Positions 37,515 to 47,507 of a DNA stretch of 64,000 nt are shown here, piece after piece. Numbering within the stretch: position 1 is the stretch's first letter; the number at the start of each line of letters is the position of its first letter. The notes beneath the pieces are model-generated. The model saw only the letters and a list, made by a program, of their open reading frames with translations, had not been told where the DNA came from and searched no databases. The translations under genes and the position numbers were made by a program. The stretch is from NCBI GenBank assembly GCA_964291405.2, contig OZ219926.1, positions 4,704,001 to 4,768,000 on the forward strand. The letters run 5' to 3'. This DNA is from Thermodesulfobacteriota bacterium (GTDB taxonomy: Bacteria; Desulfobacterota; Binatia; Bin18).

Positions 37515-37757
37515 ATGCCCACGCTGACTATTAAAAACATCCCTGAGGCGTTGTACTCAAGACTGAAGCGGCGTGCGACCGACGAGCGTCGGAGTATGAA
37601 TAATCAGGCTATTGATTGTTTAGAGCGAGCGTTACAGCTCCCATCTATCGACGTTGAGCGAGTGCTCGCACGGGCTCGAACTGTTCGAAGAAAAACAACG
37701 GGGCTTCCCTTGACGGACAAGCTGCTGGCTCGGGCGAAAAGTGACGGCCGTCCGTGA
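37515..37757 (+). CDS. FitA/Arc-like RHH antitoxin
   Basis: MPTLTIKNIPEALYSRLKRRA..RRSMN; overlaps PIN gene. Confidence 0.85.
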   Translation: MPTLTIKNIPEALYSRLKRRATDERRSMNNQAIDCLERALQLPSIDVERVLARARTVRRKTTGLPLTDKLLARAKSDGRP

Positions 37758-38161
37758 TTGTAGTCGCCACCAATCTGATTGCTTATCTCCATATGGAGGG
37801 AGAACGAACGACCCAGGCCCAACGGGTACTGCGGAAAGATGCCGAATGGGCTGCCCCGCTTCTCTGGCGTTCAGAATTTCGTAATGTGTTGGCATTCTAC
37901 CTGCGCCAACAGGTCTTCTCACTTGATGACGCTCAGGCCATTATGCAGCAAGCAGAATCTCTCTTGCAGGGAAGAGAATATGAAGTGGCATCGCAGCGCG
38001 TACTCGATGCCGTCATGTCTTCTCGCTGCTCGGCTTATGACTGTGAATTTGTCGTATTGGCACAAGACTTACAGTGCCCCTTGGTGACGGCGGACCGGCG
38101 AGTCTTGACGAATTTCCCGGCAGCGGCTATTTCGCCGGATGTCTTTATTGCGGAGTCTTAA
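37754..38161 (+). CDS. vapC: PIN-domain toxin (FitB/VapC), first catalytic Asp replaced by Ala
   Basis: MIVVATN (canonical VVDTN), SEF.N, SAYDCEFV, LVTAD. Confidence 0.85.
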   Translation: MIVVATNLIAYLHMEGERTTQAQRVLRKDAEWAAPLLWRSEFRNVLAFYLRQQVFSLDDAQAIMQQAESLLQGREYEVASQRVLDAVMSSRCSAYDCEFVVLAQDLQCPLVTADRRVLTNFPAAAISPDVFIAES

Positions 38162-38164
38162 CTC

Positions 38165-39190
38165 GTGCAACTCGGCGAATTAGCCCTCTCAACGAATCTG
38201 TTCCTGGCTCCGCTTGCGGGTTACACGACCCTCCCGTTTCGGTGGTGCATGCGCGAAGTGGGCGGATTTGGTCTGGCGACCACCGAACTGGTCCATGCCC
38301 GGTCGTTGCTCGAAAAAAATCGTCGAGCCTTTGAGCTGATCGACACGCGCCCGGAAGACAGCCCGCTGAGCGTCCAGCTCTTTGGCCCGGTGGCCGAAGA
38401 AGTCCGCGATGCGGCGGTCTGGCTTGAGGAGCAGGGGGCGGATGCCATTGATATCAACATGGGCTGCCCGGTTGAAAAAGTCGTCAAAATCGGAGCCGGT
38501 GCGGCCATGTTGAAAGACCCGAAAAAAACTGGCGCGTTCGTCCGAACGGTGACCCGAGCGGTCAACATTCCGGTCACCGTGAAGACGCGCCTGGGCTGGG
38601 ATCAGACGCAACTCGATGCACCGGTGCTGGCCCCCATTCTTGAAGAGGTAGGCGTTGCCGCCCTGACCATTCACGGCCGTACGCGAGCCGAAGCCTTCCG
38701 TGGCTCGGTCGACCTGGGTGGTATTCGCACGGTCGTGGAATCCGTACGGGCCATGCCCGTTTTCGGAAACGGCGATGTGTGCGACACGGAAACCGCGAAA
38801 CGCATGCTCGAAGAAACGGGCTGCGCGGGCCTCGTGATCGGCCGCGGCGCGCTGACCAACCCCTGGGTCTTCCAGCATATTCAGGCCGGCCTGCTGGGGC
38901 AGCCTGCCCCGCCCGAGCCATCCTTAGGGACGCGCGTTGCCTTTATGACCCGTCATTTTGAGCGAGCGGTACGGCAGCGTGGAGAGAAGCTGGCCTGCAC
39001 CCAATTCAGGAAGACCATAGACTGGTATGCAAAGTCTTTTGGGCCCTGTCGGCCCCTGCGTTTAGCCATGAAGGAACTCAGCAGCCGGCAGCACTATTAC
39101 GATCTGGTCGGCCAGTTTTTGGCATATCGCAGCCAGCATCCGCTCTCCCGGCGTGGGAACTATCCGGCTGGTGAAGCCGTGCCCGCCTGA
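38165..39190 (+). CDS. dusB: tRNA-dihydrouridine synthase (DusB-like)
   Basis: LAPLAG, IDINMGCP, IHGRT, GNGDV, IGRGAL.NPW.F. Confidence 0.92.
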   Translation: MQLGELALSTNLFLAPLAGYTTLPFRWCMREVGGFGLATTELVHARSLLEKNRRAFELIDTRPEDSPLSVQLFGPVAEEVRDAAVWLEEQGADAIDINMGCPVEKVVKIGAGAAMLKDPKKTGAFVRTVTRAVNIPVTVKTRLGWDQTQLDAPVLAPILEEVGVAALTIHGRTRAEAFRGSVDLGGIRTVVESVRAMPVFGNGDVCDTETAKRMLEETGCAGLVIGRGALTNPWVFQHIQAGLLGQPAPPEPSLGTRVAFMTRHFERAVRQRGEKLACTQFRKTIDWYAKSFGPCRPLRLAMKELSSRQHYYDLVGQFLAYRSQHPLSRRGNYPAGEAVPA

Positions 39191-39377
39191 TTCTACCCCA
39201 CCACCACCGTTTCCTTCCTGATTCTCTCTCATTCCCATCCGTTTCCTCGTAAGCCCTGAATATCCAAGGTTTTCCCCTTGCCGTCGGATCGTCGGCTGAG
39301 CGGTCCTATACGAGAAGTGGTCTTTATCGCTAAGCGAGAAGTTGAAGGAGTGGGAGGGTCGTGATAAAATTTTATAA

Positions 39378-39532
39378 CTAGCGCAGTTTCCTCCGTGGTG
39401 TAGCGAGGTGCTCTCCAGAGTTCCGTAGGGTGCATCCCATGCACCACCTTTACTGGTGCGCAGGGCGCACCCTACGTATCGGGAAACACGCGGAGGCCGT
39501 TGGACGCGACACTCATGTGAATTTTGCTCTAG
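39378..39532 (+). mobile_element. 155-bp CTAG-flanked MITE carrying a GTAG-REP doublet (copy 1)
   Basis: CTAG at both ends; near-identical inverted copy at 56621-56775; internal GTAGGGTGC...GCACCCTAC. Confidence 0.85.
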
Positions 39533-39627
39533 CCCCCAGTCAGTTCCTACCTTGGCACTGACTGTTCCGCCAACCCTGGGACGACACGTCCCTCAACTTC
39601 CGCCCCGAGCGGCCCGGACCCAACATT

Positions 39628-41292
39628 ATGTTACAGTCTCAAAGTTCAGATCCGCAGAACCAACTGCTGGCCTATCATGAAATTCAAAACAAGGCTCAGA
39701 CTATCTGGGAGAACATCAGCAGACTTGAGAGTGAAATCGGCTCCCTCCGGCCTCGTGGCCGCAGGCGACGGAGGAGCAGCCAGCCGCCGCAGAGTCGTAT
39801 GGCGGCGGCGCGCAGCGTCCTTCCCCACGACCTCGCCGCCGAACGGGCCGTCCTGGGCGGGATATTGCTCGATCATACCGCGCTTGAGCGGGTGAACCTG
39901 GCGCCGGAGGACTTTTTCTATGGCGAGCACAAGCAGATTTTCCGGGCCATGCAGCACATAGCCGCGTTGGGCACCGCCATTGACCGCCTCACCCTGTACG
40001 ACGCACTCAAAAAAGAGCCGGGGCACCCGCCGGCTAAGTACCTGGATATGCTGGCGGATGCGACTCCCAGCGCAGCCAACATTGAGGACCCGGCCAAGAT
40101 CGTCAGGGAGCATGCCGACCGACGGCGTCTGATCAACCTGCTGGAGGACGGCCTGCGACGGGCGCATACCGGGGAGGCGCTCGCTCCGTTGCGTGAGCGT
40201 TTGCTCCAAGGTGTGGACAATCTGGCCTCCCAGCGCCCGGACGGATTCAAGAGCACGCCCTGGGCGGAACTCAAGCACACCTCCCAGGAGCCAGTGGAGT
40301 GGGTGGTAGACGGGCTGCTCCGGCGGGGCGGGCTCTCCTTTCTCTTTGCCGCGCCCAAAGTGGGGAAATCCTCGACCGCCCGGACGCTGACGCGGGCAGT
40401 CGCGCTCGGGTTGCCGTGGCTCGGTCGAGACGTGCAGCAGGGTGGAGTCGTCTATTTGGCGCTGGAAGAAATGCCGGTGGACGTGCAGGAGCATTTCACT
40501 CAGATGGACCTGCCAGCAACGGCCCCGGTGGCAATCGTGTTCGAGCGGGAACCCGAGGCGACGTTCAAGAAGCTGGAGCAGCTTATCGACACGTTCCAAC
40601 CCAGCCTGGTTATTGTGGACACGTTGATTCAACTCGTCCCAATCGGGGACATCAACGACTACGCGCGCACCGTACGGGCGCTGCAACCGCTCCTCGCCCT
40701 GACCCGCCGGAGCAACGCACATGTCCTCTGTCTGCACCATGCCCGCAAGAGCGGCGGTTCACACGGGGCGGAGGGACTGGGGAGTCAGGCGCTGAGTGGG
40801 ACCGTTGACGTGATTCTCTCTCTCAAGCGCGGGGAGCACGATCGGAGCATTTCCTCCACCCAGCGCCGGGGCCGCCCCCTGGAAGAGTCCGTGCTGCGCC
40901 TGAACGAGGACACCGGCCTGGTCGAGTTGGCGGGCACGAAAAAGGCCCTGGACACCGCGCTCAAGGGGGAAGAGATCATGGCCTTTCTGGAGGAGCAGGA
41001 AGAGCCGGTGAGAATGGCGGCCGTTCAGGCGGAATTGAAGGGCCAAAGGAAACCGCTGAACGACACGCTCCGGGCGCTGGTCGAGCAGGGCAAAATCGGA
41101 TGCGTCGGGAGCGGCAAAAGGGGCGATCCGTACCGCTATTTTGCTGTTCCCGAGGGTCCTGAAAACACAGCGGTTTCGGCCGCAGGCCGGGAACAGCAAC
41201 TGTCCAGCGATTCCAAAGGGTTAGACCCTGAAAAAAAAGCTGTTCCGCTGTTCCCGACCTATAGTGGGGAACAGAAAGAACAGAAAATCTGA
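39628..41292 (+). CDS. DnaB N-terminal-like domain + AAA_25/RepA-type helicase + C-terminal wHTH (mobile-element replication protein)
   Basis: PHDLAAERAVLGGILLD..PEDFF..H..IF..M; EWVVDGLL, AAPKVGKS, YLALEE, LVIVDTL, LHHARK, GSQAL. Confidence 0.8.
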   Translation: MLQSQSSDPQNQLLAYHEIQNKAQTIWENISRLESEIGSLRPRGRRRRRSSQPPQSRMAAARSVLPHDLAAERAVLGGILLDHTALERVNLAPEDFFYGEHKQIFRAMQHIAALGTAIDRLTLYDALKKEPGHPPAKYLDMLADATPSAANIEDPAKIVREHADRRRLINLLEDGLRRAHTGEALAPLRERLLQGVDNLASQRPDGFKSTPWAELKHTSQEPVEWVVDGLLRRGGLSFLFAAPKVGKSSTARTLTRAVALGLPWLGRDVQQGGVVYLALEEMPVDVQEHFTQMDLPATAPVAIVFEREPEATFKKLEQLIDTFQPSLVIVDTLIQLVPIGDINDYARTVRALQPLLALTRRSNAHVLCLHHARKSGGSHGAEGLGSQALSGTVDVILSLKRGEHDRSISSTQRRGRPLEESVLRLNEDTGLVELAGTKKALDTALKGEEIMAFLEEQEEPVRMAAVQAELKGQRKPLNDTLRALVEQGKIGCVGSGKRGDPYRYFAVPEGPENTAVSAAGREQQLSSDSKGLDPEKKAVPLFPTYSGEQKEQKI

Positions 41293-41411
41293 CCATCTCA
41301 GAATGGGGAGAACACGAGCGGTTGATGGTCCCGCTCGATACGCCGACAAGGGACGAGGCGGCACTATGCTGGCGCACGGGGGTGAGATGTGATGAATGAG
41401 AGAAGCTCGCC

Positions 41412-41537
41412 ATGCAAAAGACCCGTCTCAGCGAAAGCGACGTTTGCGCCAAGTATATCACGCCAGCCCTGCACCAGGCCGGCTGGGACGAGACCACGCA
41501 GATAAAGGCGATATTGGCCGAGGCGCTGTTGCGATAA
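41412..41537 (+). pseudogene. Deletion scar of an EcoAI/EcoEI-type type I RM locus (hsdR N-terminus fused to hsdM-like C-terminus)
   Basis: MQKTRLSESDVCAKYITPALHQAGWDETTQI + KAILAEALLR*. Confidence 0.65.
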
Positions 41538-41789
41538 AGGTCGCAAAAATTTATTCGCGGATGTTGGAACCTCCGGCTCATCCAACAGACGGAACGAGTT
41601 TGACGCATACGGCCATTTCTCCTAAATCTGACTAATCTAGTCATAAGGAGAAACGCTCTCACGAACTCCTGTCCCAATCTCCGCTGAGCTGTATCACGTT
41701 CGGTGGAGACGGAATTCGGAGCCCGGTCCGTGAGTGTGCGTCGTGAATAGTGCTTGCCTCCTTCGTCTTTATATCCCACAATAGTCTCC

Positions 41790-42005
41790 ATGAACACGGT
41801 CACTGTTCGTCTGGATGCAGAGCTTGCCCTTGAGTTGACAAAACTCGCAAAACGCACGGGACGCCCCAAAAGCGAGTTGATTCGCCGTGCGTTACGCCGC
41901 CAACTGGCATTGGCTCGTTTTGAAGAACTGCGTCAAGGTGTCGCGCCGTTCGCACAGGCCAAAGGTTGGCTTACGGATGAAGACGTTTTCCAGAACGTCT
42001 CATGA
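41790..42005 (+). CDS. CopG/RHH antitoxin
   Basis: MNTVTVRLD..L..LAKRTGRPKSELIRRAL..GWLTDEDVF. Confidence 0.85.
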   Translation: MNTVTVRLDAELALELTKLAKRTGRPKSELIRRALRRQLALARFEELRQGVAPFAQAKGWLTDEDVFQNVS

Positions 42006-42098
42006 GGGTGTTCCTGGACACCAACGTGCTGGTTGCCGCATACGCGACACACGGGCTTTGTGAGGATGTCTTTCGAGCCATATTAGCAGAACATACGA
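42002..42098 (+). pseudogene. Truncated PIN-family toxin
   Basis: MRVFLDTNVLVAAYATHGLCEDVFRAILAEH, then abuts convergent higA. Confidence 0.75.
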
Positions 42099-42388
42099 CG
42101 GTCCGCAGCCGTCCGGGCGCGCCGCGCCTGCGCCAACTCGTAGCTCGCCTGCATCCGCATCCAGTGATCGGCGGTGCCCCAGCCGATGTCCTCCAGCGCC
42201 AGCGCCATGTTCGCCGACACGCCCGCCTTGCCGTTCAGCAGGCGCGACAGCGTGCCGCGCTCGCAGCCCAGACGTGCCGCCGTCTCGGTCACGTTCCAGC
42301 CCACCTCGTCCATGCTCTCGCGGATCAGTTCGCCCAGGTGCGGTGGGTTCAGCATCGGTCCAACGCGCTTGCTTGCAATGTCGTTCAT
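42083..42388 (-). CDS. higA: HigA-family antitoxin (HTH-XRE)
   Basis: MLNPPHLGELIRE..TETAARLG..R.TLSRLLNGKAGVS..MALAL..W.RMQASYEL. Confidence 0.88.
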   Translation of the reverse strand: MNDIASKRVGPMLNPPHLGELIRESMDEVGWNVTETAARLGCERGTLSRLLNGKAGVSANMALALEDIGWGTADHWMRMQASYELAQARRARTAADRRMFC

Positions 42389-42407
42389 GGTCAGCACTCC
42401 CCTTCGG

Positions 42408-42602
42408 TCAGTGATAGTCGATCAGGTCCACGTCCACGGCCTCGCCGTCCTTGAAGCGGAACACCACGCGCCAGTTGCCCGAGACGCGGACGCTCCACTG
42501 GCCCGCGCGGTCGCCCTTCAGGGGATGCAGCCGGAAGCCCAGCGCCTCGGCGCTTCGCGGCTGCGTCGCCTCTTGCAGCCGGAACAGGATGCGCTTCAGC
42601 CA
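42408..42602 (-). pseudogene. higB: HigB toxin lacking N-terminus
   Basis: Manual translation: LKRILFRLQEA..GFRLHPLKGDRAGQWSVRVSGNWRVVFRF..VDVDLIDYH*; no in-frame start. Confidence 0.8.
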
Positions 42603-42616
42603 TCACACCGGGTGCC

Positions 42617-45600
42617 TCACCCCGCGCCCGCCTGCTCGGAGGCAAGCCCGAACACCGTATCGGTCAGCCAGCGCTTGAAGCTCTGGTTGTCCATGAACTG
42701 CTTGAACAGCTCGGTGTCGTCCTTCATCACCGAGGTCATCACCCGCAACAGCGCCTTGTCGTGCTCGATACGAGCGTTCTCCCGGTCCGAGTTCTGCTGG
42801 GCGTTCTTGAAGGCCGTATCCTCGGCCACCCTGGCCGGAATGGTCTCGGTAATGAGCTGCCGCACGCGGTCGGCGTCGTCCCAGTCGATGTCGCCGAAGA
42901 GATGGTTAAAGGCCCGCAGGATATTCGACAGCCGGTCCAGCTCCGGCTCAGGTAAGTGACCGCCGCCGGTGGTCGGCACCGGCTCGACCTCGGCGTCCTC
43001 GTCGGGCAGCATGATCTGCTGCATGGCCCGCTTCTCGGCCCGGTAGCTGTCCATGTCGATGGCGTCGAGAATCCCTTTGGACAGGTCCTCCTCCTGAGGA
43101 GATGGCAGCTTGGAGACCAGGAAATTCAGAAAGATCGAGCGCTTCTCCCAGGCCGGGTTGGTATAGGGCAGGATCGAGGACAGGAAGGCATAGGTGCGGA
43201 CGAAGCCCTTGGCCTTGCCCTTGAAGTCCACCTGTCCGTCTTCGTCCAGATCGCGCCGATAGACCGCCACGCATTGATCGAGAATGGGGTCGAGCTGGTC
43301 GCGCTCGGCTCCGCCCAGGTAGCGCGACACAAACTCGTCGATCTGCTCCGGAGAATAGACCTGAGCACCGTCGAGGTCAGCCTGGAGGTCGTGCAGCTTG
43401 TTGGGGTCGGTCTCGTCGGCCAGAACCGTCGCCCGATAGAAGCTGGCAAAGGAATCGCGGATGATCTCGGTCTTGTTCAGAAAATCCAGCACGAAGACAT
43501 CGTGCTTCTTGGGGTGCGCCCGGTTGAGGCGCGACAGGGTCTGCACCGCCTTGACGCCCGCGAGCGTCTTGTCCACATACATCGTGTGCAGCAGGGGCTC
43601 GTCATAGCCGGTCTGGAACTTGTCCGCGCAGACCAGGAACCGGTAGGGGTCTTCCTGTATCCTCTCGGCGATCTTGCCGGACGGAAAGCCGTTGAGCGAC
43701 GCCTCGCTGACCTTGGCTCCGTTGAACTCGGGCTCGCCGGAAAAGGCCACGATGGCCTGGTAGCGGCTCTTGCCTTCCTTCAGATAGTCGCGGATGGCGT
43801 GAAAATACTGGATGGCGCGCTCAATGCCGTTGGTGACGACCATGGCCCGCGCCGCGCCGCCGATCTTGTTCTGGGCCAGGACCTGCTCGTGAAAATGATC
43901 GACCATGATCTCGGCCTTGAGGCGGATGGCGTGGTCGTGGCCCTCGACAAAGCGCCGCAGCTTTTGCTGGGCCTTCTTCGTATCGAACTGCGGGTCGTCT
44001 TCCACGGTCTTGGCCAGCTTGTAATAGCTGTTCACCGGCGTGTAGTGGGTCAGCACGTCCAGGATAAAGCCCTCCTGGATGGCCTGCTTCATGGTGTAGG
44101 TGTGGAAGGCGTGATGCTTGACCGTGCCGTCAGCCTGGGGGGCCGGGTGGCCGAAGATTTCCAGGGTCTTGTTCTTGGGCGTGGCCGTAAACGCAAAGTA
44201 GCTGGCGTTGGGGAGCAGCTTGCGCGACTCCATGAGGCGGTTGATCTGGTCCTCGTAGGTCTCGTCCTCGCCCTCCGCACCGGCCTGGGACAGCGCCTGG
44301 CCCATAGCCGCGCTGGTGCGGCCACCCTGGCTGGAGTGGGCCTCGTCGATGATGATGGCGAAGCGCCGCCCGCGCTGTTCGTCGCCGATCTCGTCGAGGA
44401 TGAAGGGGAACTTCTGCACGGTCGAGATGATGATCTTCTTGCCGGACTCGATAAAGCGGCGCAGGTCGCCCGACCGCTCGGCATGTCCGAGGGTCGCGCC
44501 GACCTGGGCGTACTGTTTGATGGTGTCGCGAATCTGCTTGTCGAGAATGCGCCGGTCGGTGACCACGATGATCGAATCGAAGACCGGAGCGTCGTCCTTG
44601 GCCAGTCCGATCAGTTGATGGGCCAGCCAGGCAATGGAGTTGCTCTTGCCGCTGCCCGCCGAGTGCTGGATTAAATAGCGCCGGCCCACTCCGCGCGTCC
44701 CGGCGTCTTCGAGCAGCCGGCGCACGACGTCGAGCTGGTGGTAGCGCGGCCAGACCTGGGTCTTCTTCTTCCGGCCCGTCTTCTCGTCTTTTGATTCCAC
44801 TACTTGGGCATAATTTTCCAGGATGTTGGTCAGGCTCTGGCGGGTCAGCACTGCGCGCCACAGATAGTCGGCCTTGAGTCCGTTGGGGTTGGGCGGGTTA
44901 CCCGCGCCGTCGTTCCAGCCCCGGTTGAAGGGCAGGAACCACGAGGATTTGCCCTGGAGGTGGGTACAGAAGCGCACTTCGCTCTCGTCCACGGCAAAGT
45001 GGGCCACGCAGCGGCCGAACGCGAACAGCTTCTCGCGCGGGTTGCGGTCCTGCTTGTACTGCCAGACCGCGTCGTCCACGGTCTGCTTGGTCAGGCTGTT
45101 CTTGAGCTCGAAGGTGAAGACCGGCAGGCCGTTGATGAACAGCCCGAGGTCCAGTGCCCGCTGGGTCTCGTCGCGACTGTAGCGCAACTGGCGGGTGACG
45201 GTGAAGCGGTTCTGCGCGAAGCGTTCCCGGGCCTTCTCATTTCCTGGTGAAGGCGTGCCGTAGAACAGGTCCAGGTGGTGCGGCCCGTGGTCGATGCCGT
45301 GGCGCAGCACGTCGATAGTGCCGCGCTTGGCAATCTCGCCCTGGAGTCGGGCCAGGAATCTGCGCCGCGTCGGACCGTCCTCGGACAGCCCCAGCGATGC
45401 CGCGGCCTTGGGTTGGGTCGTGCGCAGAAAGGCCGAGAGCTGGACCAGATCGACGCAGTATTCGCGGTCGTAGTCGTGGAAGTTGCCGCCGCTCCAGCCC
45501 ACGCCGCCGTAGCCGGCGGGTGGTTCGGCCACCGTACCCGTCGCGGGCGGCTCGCAGGGATGGCCGGCCAGCGTGGTGCAGATCAGGCGTTCGAGGCCGC

Positions 45601-45625
45601 GTTCGGAGGTGTCGGTGGTGGCCAT
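42617..45625 (-). CDS. hsdR: Type I restriction enzyme R subunit
   Basis: LDLGLFINGLP..ELK nuclease, QHSAGSGKS, DEAHSSQ, FTATPK, KFQTGYDEP, QTLSRLNR. Confidence 0.95.
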   Translation of the reverse strand: MATTDTSERGLERLICTTLAGHPCEPPATGTVAEPPAGYGGVGWSGGNFHDYDREYCVDLVQLSAFLRTTQPKAAASLGLSEDGPTRRRFLARLQGEIAKRGTIDVLRHGIDHGPHHLDLFYGTPSPGNEKARERFAQNRFTVTRQLRYSRDETQRALDLGLFINGLPVFTFELKNSLTKQTVDDAVWQYKQDRNPREKLFAFGRCVAHFAVDESEVRFCTHLQGKSSWFLPFNRGWNDGAGNPPNPNGLKADYLWRAVLTRQSLTNILENYAQVVESKDEKTGRKKKTQVWPRYHQLDVVRRLLEDAGTRGVGRRYLIQHSAGSGKSNSIAWLAHQLIGLAKDDAPVFDSIIVVTDRRILDKQIRDTIKQYAQVGATLGHAERSGDLRRFIESGKKIIISTVQKFPFILDEIGDEQRGRRFAIIIDEAHSSQGGRTSAAMGQALSQAGAEGEDETYEDQINRLMESRKLLPNASYFAFTATPKNKTLEIFGHPAPQADGTVKHHAFHTYTMKQAIQEGFILDVLTHYTPVNSYYKLAKTVEDDPQFDTKKAQQKLRRFVEGHDHAIRLKAEIMVDHFHEQVLAQNKIGGAARAMVVTNGIERAIQYFHAIRDYLKEGKSRYQAIVAFSGEPEFNGAKVSEASLNGFPSGKIAERIQEDPYRFLVCADKFQTGYDEPLLHTMYVDKTLAGVKAVQTLSRLNRAHPKKHDVFVLDFLNKTEIIRDSFASFYRATVLADETDPNKLHDLQADLDGAQVYSPEQIDEFVSRYLGGAERDQLDPILDQCVAVYRRDLDEDGQVDFKGKAKGFVRTYAFLSSILPYTNPAWEKRSIFLNFLVSKLPSPQEEDLSKGILDAIDMDSYRAEKRAMQQIMLPDEDAEVEPVPTTGGGHLPEPELDRLSNILRAFNHLFGDIDWDDADRVRQLITETIPARVAEDTAFKNAQQNSDRENARIEHDKALLRVMTSVMKDDTELFKQFMDNQSFKRWLTDTVFGLASEQAGAG

Positions 45626-45655
45626 TTCATCCTCTTGCACGCGAACTTTTGATCC

Positions 45656-46333
45656 CTATGTAAGCGTCTCTAACCTTTCAAGCCATTCCCTGAAGTGTTC
45701 GCATTTCGACCGCAGAGTCGGTAAGCCAATCTTCTCGGTTACAATGGGACCGGCGGACCGCTTCCTTTTTTCATATTCTGGGATTTTATCGATAATTCGT
45801 TTTGACGGGGCGGTTTTGTCTCCATCATTGACCAGTTCCGGTGAACCAAATGTGGATACCAATTCGACAAGCTGCTGTACTCCAGTGCTACGGTCGGGAA
45901 ACTGCGAGTCGAGTTTCTGAGGATCGGACAACAATAACGCCTCGAATTCGTGGAGTTGTAAATAGGGGATGAAGCGCGGATCGGCGATGTCTCCGTTCAG
46001 CGCGTCCTCTAAAGTTCTGATGCGTTGGTAGGGGTCGGATATTTGTGCAGCGTCTTTAGAGCCAGGAAAATCTGTTGGGAGATGGTATAGGTCAAACATG
46101 GTTGTGAAACGTGCGTCCGAGTTCTGGTCCTCCATTATCCAGGCTTTGATGTCGTTCTTCGCTTGTGCGTATCTCATGATACCCCCGCGATATTTGGTGC
46201 CATGCTTACGACTCGTCATGACACGCCGAGCCTTCGTCCAGATGGATAACTGGGCCAGATGCGGGCGGAGAACTCGGTTCACGAAAGTCTCTTCGGTCTG
46301 TCCCTCAACGATGAAATGCAACCTGACACCCAT
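45656..46333 (-). CDS. DUF4276-family (TOPRIM-like) protein
   Basis: IVEGQTEE.FV, TTMFDLY.LP.DFPG, PYLQLHEFEALL, PE.VND...APSKR, C.HF..W. Confidence 0.85.
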   Translation of the reverse strand: MGVRLHFIVEGQTEETFVNRVLRPHLAQLSIWTKARRVMTSRKHGTKYRGGIMRYAQAKNDIKAWIMEDQNSDARFTTMFDLYHLPTDFPGSKDAAQISDPYQRIRTLEDALNGDIADPRFIPYLQLHEFEALLLSDPQKLDSQFPDRSTGVQQLVELVSTFGSPELVNDGDKTAPSKRIIDKIPEYEKRKRSAGPIVTEKIGLPTLRSKCEHFREWLERLETLT

Positions 46334-47442
46334 TATGGACGCCCGCCGATTACATTCTTTTCCCACAACTCGGAAAGGGAATAGTCTTCGAGCCATCCTC
46401 CCAGAGCCTCAGCGTCTAGCTGTCTAAAGGTAGAGCTACGACCTTCGCGTTCGACAACAACGATGTCCGTCGGCTCAAAGCAATCAACGAGCGCCATGGA
46501 TTGCGTAGCGACGATGACCTGTATTCTGTCCGATACAGCGCGTATCAAACCGCCCACGATGTTAATGGCGTAGGGATGCAGTCCAAGTTCAGGTTCATCG
46601 AGAACCAAAACGTCCGGCAAGTCCTGCTCGGGTTGAAGGAGAAGGGTAACGAGGGCGATAACTCGCAACATGCCATCCGACGCTTGCGACACACTGAACA
46701 CTTGATCGCTGTTTCGTTCGCGCCAGTTCAAAAGAAGACTCTCGTAGTGTGGTTCTAACTCAAAATCAGAGAAGAACGGCAGGATGAGACGGATGGTATC
46801 TATTATTCGCTGATAATATTTGCCGTCGTGTTCCTTCAGGCGAAAAAGAACGGACGCGATGTTGGCAGCATCTTCCTTCAGAAACCGATTGTCATTCAGA
46901 TGCCACTTGCTGCGCATACGGGCGGTGTCCGAGGTGTTGTGGAACTGATATATAACGATTCTTCGTAGGATGTCTCGAATGACGCGAGCGGTCGTATCCC
47001 CGCCGATCGCGTCGGCTAGAAGCCGAGGAGCGCGATGCCCAGCGCCCGTTTCTTGCCAAGGCGCAACACCGATGTAGCTCTTGCGAGAGAACCGGTATCG
47101 TTCATCAGCAAAGATAAACGCATCTCCCGCCGCCCAAACTAACCGGAACGCATACTGATTCTCGCCGGCATCGGTTCGGATCGTGAGTTGGGCTTCTATC
47201 TCACGGGTCTTGGCTGGGCCGTCGTGTAAAAATGTGCTGGCTCCTCCTTGTTGACTCACATGAAACTGAAGATTTTCCGTTTCTGCCAGTGCCCAACTCA
47301 TCATGCGAAAGAAGGAGATAAAGTTGGACTTGCCAGCGCCGTTGGGACCGATGAGCGCCGTTAAGGGACGAGGCTGAAAATTCTCTAGCGACTGAATGGT
47401 TTTGAACCCCTTGAGAGTTATCGTATCAAGTCTGTTTCTCAT
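46333..47442 (-). CDS. AAA_21/ABC-type (SMC-like) ATPase
   Basis: GFKTI, IGPNGAGKSN, SDGMLR, LVLDEPELGLHP, ATQS; 1-bp overlap with DUF4276 gene. Confidence 0.9.
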   Translation of the reverse strand: MRNRLDTITLKGFKTIQSLENFQPRPLTALIGPNGAGKSNFISFFRMMSWALAETENLQFHVSQQGGASTFLHDGPAKTREIEAQLTIRTDAGENQYAFRLVWAAGDAFIFADERYRFSRKSYIGVAPWQETGAGHRAPRLLADAIGGDTTARVIRDILRRIVIYQFHNTSDTARMRSKWHLNDNRFLKEDAANIASVLFRLKEHDGKYYQRIIDTIRLILPFFSDFELEPHYESLLLNWRERNSDQVFSVSQASDGMLRVIALVTLLLQPEQDLPDVLVLDEPELGLHPYAINIVGGLIRAVSDRIQVIVATQSMALVDCFEPTDIVVVEREGRSSTFRQLDAEALGGWLEDYSLSELWEKNVIGGRP

Positions 47443-47507
47443 AATATGGTACCTTTCCGATAACACAGGCTAGACCTAACCAGTCTCACATAGTGACGCG
47501 GGGCTGT

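Noticed and set aside
42002-42454. 150-aa ORF as a full PIN toxin
   Set aside because: Only the first ~32 residues are PIN-like; the rest is antisense to higA
42956-44674. 572-aa plus-strand ORF and similar long antisense ORFs (265..1533, 50120..51277, 39646..40740, 14624..15745)
   Set aside because: Shadow frames opposite well-supported genes in GC-rich DNA, with no motifs
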